Assembly (NCBI GenBank): GCA_011109175.1
Contig: RDEW01000021.1
Coordinates: forward strand, 830,049 to 878,841
Origin: Dicyema japonicum
Lineage: Eukaryota; Animalia; Dicyemida
Length of the DNA stretch: 48,793 nt
Direction of reading: 5' to 3'
Part shown: one piece after another, positions 37,210 through 47,105 of the stretch
Numbering within the stretch: position 1 is the first letter of the stretch
How the letters are laid out: the number at the start of each line of letters is the position of its first letter
Made by a program: the position numbers and the translations under genes
Notes under the pieces: model-generated
Told to the model about the DNA's origin: nothing
What the model saw: the letters and a program-made list of their open reading frames with translations, nothing else
Databases searched by the model: none

Positions 37210-39623
37210 ATGAGTGAAACTGACTTTAAATATGGAAATTCTGACTCATTTTTCAACGAACTTTCAGGTTAAATCACAAATCTATAAATAGAATTTTTGT
37301 CTGCACATCACACAAAGGAACTTCAGGGGATGACGTCCAATTATCGCATAGTCGGAAGCTCACTCATTTTGGAGTGGAATCAATCGTCCATCGCTAATCG
37401 TCGCCACATTCTCCTCACTCTTGCCGATCGACTAGAGACCACTTCCAATGACCTCCACTACGAAGCCCTCCTCGTCCTAGTACTCATTTCTAACGGGCTC
37501 ATTGACAATTCGGCTGAGTCTATCGATTCTCTGTTTACGGTCATACAGCAGAACTGTCTCCTCATGATTGAAACGGGACTATTTCTTTCAATCTGGGAGT
37601 ACTGTCTCGTGCAAATCAGGTCATTTGGTTACTAATCTCCTAGAATGCTGAAGTATGTCACACATGTCTTAGAAAATAATAAAAGAACACAGGAAAATTT
37701 AAAGTTTTTTTTCTTCTTATTTTAGTTTAGGCCTCCTTATTTTACATACTCTTCTAGAATATTCTAGAACAATCCGAAAAGACTCTAATCAGCGGGAAAA
37801 GATCGCCAAGGACGTAATTGTGGACTGTCTTGGTATTGGTCAAACAAAGCTAGTTCAGCGGGGGAAGAAAATGTGACGATTCTTCTGTGGAATATTCTCA
37901 CAGAGTTCTTTGCGGGCGATCTCCCACTCATCCCTGTAGGAAAGGTCACTATTCTGCTAGCAAAATCGACCTCAGTAAAGTATCGTTTAACGACAGTTAG
38001 TCCTGGGGGAGATCTCTGACTACCATGATCGACTTAATGAGACTCGGACGGCGGTTGGACTGTCCATGTGTGCTGAGGACATCCACGAGATTGCTGAATC
38101 TATTAGACAGAACGATCTGAAGGATAATAAAGGTGGGTTATCCGACGAAAACGAGGAAACCGAGGAGAAAAGCTTCAACGTTCAGAGACATCGACTAACG
38201 AATTTGGGGATGAATACAGACAAGGTTGTTTGGTCTCCCAAAATATCGTAATTTCTCAGTTATTGTAGCCTTGAGAAATATAAGGAGCACGTGTTTCAGA
38301 CAAAGACCAAGTACTTTGGTTTGGCGGGCTATTCCGATAATTTCAATCTTTCCCGCCTTCCTTGTGGCCTTAAGCAAAGCCTGATGACTTGTCGACAGTA
38401 CGTTTACACTCCCCTCTCTGACCCACAACGACAGAGGTTCAGTGACTATGTTTCACGCCCTTTCACTTCCCCTTTCCCTGTAGACGACTCTACCCACGCC
38501 TGGAAACTGTACAGGAGCATTTATCCCTTTTCCGATCACATGGTGGTCTTTGTTCTGAGTTTAGGCCTCCCTTGTAAAGCTGGCATTCCTAGTCTACTCA
38601 GGTAATGAAGGGGACGCAAGTTCCCCATTCGAACTGATCAACGACGTCTGCGAATATGAAAATTTTGCCCACAAGTAGTGTTTTACGTGATTCTGATAGT
38701 ATAAACGCCGAAAAAGTCCGTTTTCGTGAAGTGATTGGAAAGCATTTGTCTTATCTATTATTGACTTTGCTGAAGTATTTTAAGCTGTCTCACGTCTATA
38801 AGGCATTTTTATGACTGACTCCCAGTTTGAGACCATTTGTGGTGAACTGATGCAAAACAACATTCTCTCAGCTATCTTCAGGTTCCTCAACAGGGAACAG
38901 AACATGACCTGCTCTGAATATGGGAGTTATTTTCCTCTGACTGACTCCCAGTTTGAGACCATTTGTGGTGAACTGATGCAAAACAACATTCTCTCAGCTA
39001 TCTTCAGGTTCCTCAACAGGGAACAGAACATGACCTGCTCTGAATATGGGAGTTATTTTCCTCTTTGCTGTGCTCAGTGGTGGTCCCCTCCTGTTGGGAA
39101 GAAGAATTTTTCTTGGAAGTTGTGTTTCACTGCTGTGAACCTCACTAGAGTGGTGATTAAACTGGTGAAACACAAACCTTGGAGAATCTCGGTATTCTGG
39201 CATTCTTATGTGCAGGGAGTGGTCACTGCCAAGTCGTTTGTGATGCAAATGAGGATGTTGAAGCTGGAGATCCCGATACTGCAGCTGTACTCCCTTAAAT
39301 TGCTGAAGATTCAATGGAAGTACCTGACGAGGCACTGGCGGAAGACCAACATTCGAATAATGTCTTTGATTTCTCTAAAATTGCGGGTTCTCATAAATGA
39401 CGACTGGAATAGCACCTCCCTATTGGACAATAACTCCCAAGAGGAGGTCATTGAGCAAGATACTGGGATTTTCAATAAGATTATGTGTAAGGGGAAGTAC
39501 CCCCATAAAATCAGGGAGTCTCTTAATGTCAATGTGGATGAGATCTTTAGTGGGGACATTAACGAATGGCTTAAATGTGAGGTTTTTGATAGAAGAATTG
39601 ACTGGAATCGTCTTTTGATATAA
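37210..39623 (+). CDS. STRIP1: Striatin-interacting protein (STRIP1/2, FAM40; N1221 + DUF3402)
   Basis: DFKYGNSDSFFNELSE, LLKYFKLSHVYK/FE, FSWKLCFTAVNLTRV, LQLYSLKLLKIQWKYLTRHWRKTN, NDDW, EWLKCEVFDRRIDWNRLL. About nine micro-introns, one GC-AG; a 126-bp exact duplication inside. Confidence 0.93.
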
Positions 39624-39649
39624 TAATAAAGATTTGTTAGTTTTTGTGG

Positions 39650-41560
39650 GGGACACTTAGTTTTTATGTTTTGATATGGGGGGAATGAAGTTTTAGCATA
39701 ATTGGGGACGATCCTGGTAGTTTATTTTCAGGGACAGTTGGAATGACTGATGGTTGGAAGGTTTTGGGGAACTCCAGTGTACAAGATGTCTGCATTGCTT
39801 CGTGGGGGATGCTATTCCTTATTTTTATGGTGATTTGGAAAATCTGAGGTTTTTAATCAGGGAAAGGTCGGCCTTACAGGGAATCTCTTGTCCAATAACC
39901 TGGAAAGGGTATCAACCCGGTTTCGTTGACATGCAATAAGCTCGTGTCTAACCGCTAAGTTCGAGCTTTTTTGTCAAGTCCTGTTTTTGAAGATAGTCAC
40001 CGAGGAGTTTGATGTTGTGAAGACATTTAAAGTCATCCTGTTGATAAAAGATTAGATTTTGAACTTATCTAAACAATCTCTTGATGTAATATAGGAGGAG
40101 AGTTAGCGAGTAGTGTGAAGTCACTGAGGAGAGAAAACAGAAGACTGATCCTTGCTGAACTCTGTTGAGGAGATAGGAAAAACAAGACATATTAGAGTAT
40201 AAACATGTGAACAAATACTTCCAAAAAGATGGTGGATAATTAAATTTTGTCGGAAAAAACTTTACGAAGAGGAGAGAAAACAGAAGACTGATCCTTGCTG
40301 AACTCTGTTGAGGAGATAAAAAAAACAAGACATATTAGAGTATAAACATGTGAACAAATACTTCCAAAAAGATGGTGGATAATTAAATTTTGTCGGAAAA
40401 AACTTTACGAAAAATGTCTTGGTCGGGTTAATGAAAGTCAGCAAGAATCAAGGACAATAAGGCTGTCATTTTCATTTTAGAACAGTTCTTCAAAAAGGTC
40501 AGATAAGAAGGGTGGGTGGTATTTTTTATCATGAGTTATATAAGATACATCTCTCAATGACGTCTACAACATTATCATAGTTAACAATTATCTGTGTGAA
40601 GCTTAGCAAATGATCCTCTTTGATACAGTCCTGCCACTGGGTGGCTCCTGAGACAGGTGGATCACTAATTGTACTAAAGCAAAACATAGAGAACTCCCGA
40701 TCGAACGCAAGACTATTGTTACACGTACGATATCATAACATTCAGGGAATGGTTAGACTTGGTAGACATAACTTTTTCAGTGAAAAAGTGTCTTTAATGT
40801 TAACAAGATGGAAAACTTAGTAATATCTTCCGTAATTATAACCTTCCTTCAAGCAGGTTGATCAAGGTTAATGGAGAGAGGGAGACTTTTATTTAATGAG
40901 AGTTAAATTTGATGAATATTATCAGTTAATAAATCCGTCTAATCTGCTTCGATGATGTCATAACCCCAGCTTATTTTTTTGTATTAGCCCAATCGACTAT
41001 GCAGTTCCATGATGGCACGAAAAAAGATCATTTTCTCTTTTCCCACTCGAATGAAGGGGTTTTCACTGCTGCAAGGAATAGACGTCTTTTACCTTTCATC
41101 CTGGTGGACTTGGATGAGATTAGAAAGACACTGTTTATGTGACAGTGGAAGCTGGATACACTTAATTAGTTGTTAACTTATTTCTTTGTGTATCCGGGGT
41201 TAATAATCTGCTTCGATAGTATCATTTTATTAGAATTGCTGTTCTTACCTTTCAGTTTAATCTCACAGCATTCAAATACTAAGCCTAACACCGAATAAAG
41301 ACATTTGTCACTACAGTCAAGCAGACTGAAACTTCCCTTACCTCTCTGCCGATCATTTAGGGCTACTTTCTTGTAACATCAGCATAACACCACAAACTCG
41401 AAGACGACGTCGCGGACCTATCGGTTGTCTCTCCTATCGATATTCCTACCTTAATTAAATCCGGCTCATTCAGTGCGATAAAAAATCTGTGTTCAATAGC
41501 CACGTGATATGCCACAATCTTAGTATGAAAAAACCCCTACTGTTCAATCTAAACAAAATA
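39650..41560 (-). CDS. Probable multi-exon hypothetical gene
   Basis: Coding-like composition, open stretches (e.g. IFQITIKIRNSIPHEAMQTSCTLEFPK) and many short GT..AG segments; not assembled. Confidence 0.35.
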
Positions 41561-41604
41561 TCTCCACAATAAATTATTAAAGTGACAATTATTGACAGAC
41601 TACA

Positions 41605-42549
41605 TCATTTAGTAGTCTTCTTGGCAATAGCTCTTTCAACATCCCTCAGTTGCTGTTCCAGTCTCCCCCGTTTCCCATCCACCAATTCACTGTCCCATCT
41701 ACTATCAATACATCCTTCACCGAGTTTGCTTGATATCCGGAGATTTCTTCCGACCTCTCTTATGTCCGCCAGAGGACAAACTACGAGAAGACGATCTCCT
41801 TCGAATGCGCTGTCTGGATCTCCTACATTCATCTCCCTTGCAGATAATAGAAGACACAGTTCCACGTGGAGGGGTTCTGACCTCGTCAGTAAGCGAACCG
41901 CTCGATGACGAGTACGAGGGACTTGAGGAGGCTCTAGGAATGAATAAATAAATCACGTGGTGGAGGCCGAATCCACGTTTTCTATATCCCTCAGTTTAAG
42001 GTGTAGTTGTTTCTCAACGAGGTCGTCCTCCGCGTTCCGCCTTACTTCAGCTTCCGCCATGGCCTATCAATTAACTGACCAGCTACTATTTTGGCTTGGT
42101 AGAGAGCCTTTCCCCACAATGATTCGTCCTTTAACTTTGAGGGATCATACGTAATCTTTGTGTGCAATGCTGAGAATGATGACTTTGCTTACCATATTTC
42201 TTCGGGGAACGTCCCTGATTTTGGACATTTTCGATTGGAATAATCTCTCCCTTTATCTCCCCCTCATCAGAAGAGTCCTATATGATAGGATATAATAATA
42301 CTGAGTTATTTGTTGATTTGGTGACATTTACTTGTGAAACTTGTATTTCTCCTTCCTACATTTTCGATTGGAATAATCTCTCCCTTTATCTCCCCCTCAT
42401 CAGAAGAGTCCTATATGATAGGATATAATAATACTGAGTTATTTGTTGATTTGGTGACATTTACTTGTGAAACTTGTATTTCTCCTTCCTTTAATATTAC
42501 TAACTTATTATACGTCATAAGAGCAATCAGACAGATCATCACGAAGCAT
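41605..42549 (-). CDS. ZC3H18: Miniature ZC3H18-like protein lacking the CCCH finger
   Basis: Two DEGEI motifs, KYALHTKITYDP, ESLWGKALYQAKIAMAEAEVRRNAEDDLVEK, an RS-rich stretch and C-terminal RGRLEQQLRDVERAIAKK. Six GT-AG introns; requires collapsing a 133-bp duplication. Confidence 0.72.
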
Positions 42550-43699
42550 ACCTCGCAAAGATTTAAAATGCGTTTATTTATTTAAAAAATTTTAAAGTTC
42601 ATGAAATTTTATGAAATTATAATTAAAAAGTTCACAATCTGATAAGAATTTAACTGCCACGTCAGTCAACGTTAGTTGGTAGGCTACCCTTCCAAAAGAC
42701 GTAGAGGGGTGAAGAAGTTCAAACAGTTCTTTAGTGTTTAACTTGCACCGGGCGCCTTGAATTGTTAGCGTGCGTCATGTAGTTCACCATTTATGCTGGC
42801 GCCAGATATAATCCTAAATTACATACAAAAAGGACCATTAGTCAACAACCACCCATAGAATTCCCCCCCCAAACGGTACTTCTCTCAAGTCAAAGGATGT
42901 GAAGACTGTTGAGAGAGGTTGGGATCACCTAAATTAGGGCGGAAGTTGTCCTATTCCAAAGATAAAATTGTCCTAAAATTTCAAAAGCAATTTCTAAAAA
43001 CTAATGCATATTAACAATAACACCTAAAAAAGATTTATTTTGCCAAAAATGCTCTAAGATAGTAAAATCAACCAACACTACTACACCGATCTTAATGGAT
43101 AAAGACGTCAGANATCACCTAAATTAGGGTGGAAGTTGTCCTATTTCAAAGATAAAATTGTCCTAAAATTTCAAAAGCAATTTCTAAAAACTAATGCATA
43201 TTAACAATAACACCTAAAAAAGATATATTTTGCCAAAAATGCTCTAAGATAGTAAAATCAACCAACACTACTACACCGATCTTAATGGATAAAGACGTCA
43301 GACTGAATGCTAAAAGTAGAGACCATTCAACTTTTTCTTCCTTAAAATAACAAAGAAAACTAGAAATCTTTTTAGTTAAAGCATTTTAAATGCCGATATT
43401 TCATTTCACAAATTGGGGAATAGGTATATTAAAAGCTACAGTTAATTTTCTGTTTTTCTTCACTTTTAATGCGTTCATTAAAATAAATAATGAATAAATT
43501 TATCAAATTGTTAAAATCAATTTAATAAAATTTTAAAGAAAAATCAAGATTCTTTATNTTTTTGTTTAATGAACGCGACTTTTCTTCACTTTTAATGCGT
43601 TCATTAAAATAAATAATGAATAATTTTATTAAATTGTTAAAATCAATTTAATAAAATTTTAAAAAAAAATCAAGATTCTTTATTTAATTTAATCATAAA

Positions 43700-44215
43700 A
43701 TCAGTTATTTTTGTGGAGCTGAAATTATTTAGGGTTTTATTCGATGCGTACAAATTTGTTTCATTTTCTTTCTCGGTTTTTTTCCTCTGTAATTTTCCAA
43801 TTTTAAACGCCTTTTTAAAACAATTTTTATTGTATATGACGAAACATTTTTCCACAATTCAATAATTAAAGGTAATAATCTAAATTCTTTAATCTCTCCT
43901 CATATGTATTTTCAGAATCGTCTTCGGTCATGTTTAGATTTCTTCTCAAGCTTTTTTTTATATTTTGATTTAAAAGAATTTATAATCCTCTGATCCAAAG
44001 GTCGTAATTTCGATGTTGTATTTAATGGTAGAAAAGACAATTCAATGTTTATCAAGATTTCATATATGCAATGAACATGGTTTTTGAATCTCGTGATATC
44101 CATGAGCTTTTAAATTATGAATATTCAATTTGCTAGCAATTTTAAGCGTAATTTCCTGAAGCACATCATTAGTAATAGTATGGTTGTATTTTCTTTTATT
44201 TTGTATCCACTCATA
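43700..44215 (-). mobile_element. pogo/Tigger transposase remnant
   Basis: CENP-B-like HTH LLYEWIQNKRKYNHTITNDVLQEITLKIA and DDE_1 piece FLPLNTTSKLRPLDQRIINSFKSKY. Confidence 0.85.
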
Positions 44216-44527
44216 TAATAAAGCCTTTTCACGAGAGCCATAGTATTTATAGCTCCGCATAGGCAGGACACACACTTAAGTAAAGAACAGTTAATTTTAA
44301 CTAATCGTAGAACCAAGGAATGATCTTCACTTCCTTTTTCCTTTTTCTTGCGTGAGTGTCCTTTCTAGACAATCCAGTTCCGCAGTGAGTATCCACTGAT
44401 GACGGCGTCACTCGTCAAACCCTTTCTGCATCTTAGATGCGTAGAACCTTCCACCAGATGAACAGCACCGAGATTCGAACCCGTAACCTAAATCACTTAA
44501 GACCGACACTTAACCACTAAGCCATCC
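44215..44527 (-). mobile_element. tRNA-derived SINE, copy 6 (near full length)
   Basis: GGATGGCTTAGTGGTTAAG A box, GGGTTCGAATCTC B box, exact core, 3' end GAAAAGGCTTTATTAT. Confidence 0.9.
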
Positions 44528-44817
44528 ACTCATATAAAGGTGTGTAAATTATATTTTTTATAGTGCTAGTTGTAATATTTTTTGAATTTTACAATTGTAT
44601 TTTTTTTTATTTTTATAAATAAAATTTATCGTTCCTAAACGCATTTTAAATTTTCTGCTTAGAGAAGCTTGAGTGATGACGTGAAATTTTTCTTTGTACT
44701 CGATAACTTTTTTTTCTGTTTAAATGAGTATGTTTTCCATATTTTCTTAACATTACTAATACTTGTACATTTAAAAAATTTTATATTTAATTATTAATTC
44801 AATTTTTTAATCAAATT

Positions 44818-44985
44818 GATTCTGCTGGATCGGCAGCCGATCTGGCCGAAAAAATCAAGATTAAAAAATATGACGAAATTGGGGACTGCTACCGTTTCGT
44901 ACCGGTGGCAATCGAGACGTCTAGTGCGGCCTGAAGTATTACAGCCTCTTTCCTTAAGGAAATCTGGGGGAAATTGATGAAACCC
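44818..44985 (+). mobile_element. CRE-clade non-LTR retrotransposon restriction-like endonuclease fragment
   Basis: SAGSAADLAEKIKIKKYDEIGDCYRFVPVAIETS matches the AA..AE..K..KY.....F.P.A.ET signature. Confidence 0.8.
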
Positions 44986-45110
44986 GAGAAAACATAAAAT
45001 TAGTTAAGTTTCCCTTGTGCCTTATTCCTAATCATCCTCTCCGTCAGCCCCGACTATAATCCTCCGTTGCACGCTAGTTCTCTTAGGTAGTCTAGGTCGT
45101 CCGCCATTTC
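44985..45110 (-). mobile_element. RTE LINE extreme 3' fragment
   Basis: ADDLDYLRELA..GLTERMIRNKAQGKLN* parallels the C-termini of the copies at 12906 and 33275. Confidence 0.8.
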
Positions 45111-46560
45111 CATTATAATGTTAGATGTTGCCCACACTCTTGCAACACAGTGAATCAGGTCCTGATGGACTGCAAATCGGAGACCATAATGTCAGCAGGC
45201 CGATGAGAGGGTAAAAAGGTGGAATTTTCCAAACAGTTCTGTACATTGTACGGTCGTTTTTGTCTCTTGTAGACAGAGACGTCGTATTTTGTTAGATCAC
45301 ATACCAGTTAGTGTTTCTTGTAAGGTTGATTAAGTCCTCTGCAATTAAAAGATCCCCTAGTGAACGGAGAAGTCGGTAAGGAATACGAATAAGACATAGT
45401 GCAATAGAGGCGTCACCTTTCTTGTAAGGTTGATTAAATCCTCTGCAATTAAAAGATCCCCTAGTGAACGGAGAAGTCGGTAAGGAATACGAATAAGACA
45501 TAGTGCAATAGAGGCGTCACCACCTCAACCAATATAGTTAACGACTTAATTTAAAAAAATGAAAATTTCTCCTTCAAAATCAGTATAGCTCAAAGATTTT
45601 TTTGATGAGATTAAAATTTTTGAAAAATGTGAATTTTATTTAATTAAAATTAATAATTAGTTAACAAAAGAATCCATCCAACGTGGCCTCCGCCAACATT
45701 CTCGAAGTTGCGTTGCCTCTTATGATTGCAACAGAGATCAGCTGGAGAAGCCATGGGGTCTCACGTGTGTCGTTGCTATTTAGTGTAGTTAGATGTCCAA
45801 GTTTCTTTAAGAAACGAAGCGATTTCCCACTTATTCCTCTAGTTGTCTCAACAACAATGAGATTAAATTACCTCCAGATGTACTTATCACAAGATGGGGG
45901 AGTTTTTTAGAAGCGGAATTTTATTATTCCGAAATTCATTTCAATAAAAGACAGAGAACAGTTTTGAAGACGACGGGATTATTGCTGCGAATGTGAAGAG
46001 ATCAATGATGAATGTAAATTTGTTTGAGGAACTTAAGAAATTACCAAATACAAATGGCTGAAATTTAATTTGGAAAAATTGCAAAACTCACGGTATAAAT
46101 CGAAGAATGTTATGCAGATTTTGAAAAGCTCAGTTCTATTTCTGTAAAGAGGGATGTTGAAAATTATTTTAATGAAAGGTATGAGAAGAATGATTTAATG
46201 AATGTTACTAAAATTACTAACAAATCAATAAATCCAATGACATACTGCAACCTTTTTAATGTCCCGGTACTTCAATTGCAGTGGAACAATCTTTCTCCAG
46301 TTTGAAAAAAACAGATATCTATTTTTTGAGAATAATTGTAAACCCAGATTAAGTAATTGTGAAATTTTGTTTACAGTCAAACGCTAAAAATACAAAATAA
46401 TTTATAAAAAATAATAAAATTGTCCTATTTTTTAAGATGTCCTAATTTTACTATTTTGTTTATAAAATGTCCTAAAAAATGTCCTATTATTTCCGCCTTA
46501 TCTGAATGGTATTCATTCTGACTGACGGTGGTTTTCTGGTTCAATAAATTTAATTTTAAG

Positions 46561-46680
46561 TCTGATTGGCTATGTCGCCGAGTGGCTACTTGATTGAAGA
46601 TTTTTCTTCCTTACCTCTAGTGGCGTCATTGGATCCACCTTACTCAGGGGACGCCCAATGCCTGACCGGCAGACAATATC
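46561..46680 (+). repeat. Unclassified dispersed repeat 'family X', copy 4
   Basis: TCTGATTGGCT..GTGGCTACTTG..GTGGCGTCATTGGATCCACCTTACTCAGGGGACGCCCAATGCCTGACCGGCA. Confidence 0.8.
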
Positions 46681-47105
46681 CTCTAGATCACTGAGTTTGG
46701 ATGAGGTCAATTTTTAAATTGTTAATAAGTCAATTTTTAAATCAATTTTTTTAATTTTTGAGGTCAATAAAAAACCATGGTAGTTACTGTTCGATTTCCT
46801 CTTCTCTATCTACCCATTCGAATAAATTCTAAGAGTCGTCATGTGACCCACCTGTCTCATGGAGTGCCCCGACCTGTTTTACGATTAGTCTCTTCCTTCT
46901 CTACTCCAATGCACTCCTTTCCAAGTATTGAACAGGCCATTCTAACCCGAGACTTTGCACCTCCGCGTTGTCTTACCCATCCAGTTGAAAGAGAACAATT
47001 TTTATGTGCGCCCATAATCATCTAAGCTACCAAAAACCAGCAGCCCCTATGAGAACTGAACCACCCAAAAGGTCAACAAAGACGTTGTTGATAAAAAGAA
47101 AATAA

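Larger units (their letters stand above)
42935..46500 (+). mobile_element. Decayed hAT transposon carrying nested insertions
   Basis: Termini TAGGGCGGAA / TTCCGCCTTA and GTCCTA subterminal repeats at both ends. Transposase pieces NADISFHKLGN (about 43390), KLPPDVLITRWGSFLEA (about 45870) and PGTSIAVEQSFSSLK (about 46260). Confidence 0.8.

Noticed and set aside
38812-39063. 42-aa tandem repeat in STRIP as a real domain duplication
   Set aside because: It is an exact 126-bp copy that includes part of an intron acceptor, fits the window-wide duplication artefact pattern and is absent from known STRIP proteins.
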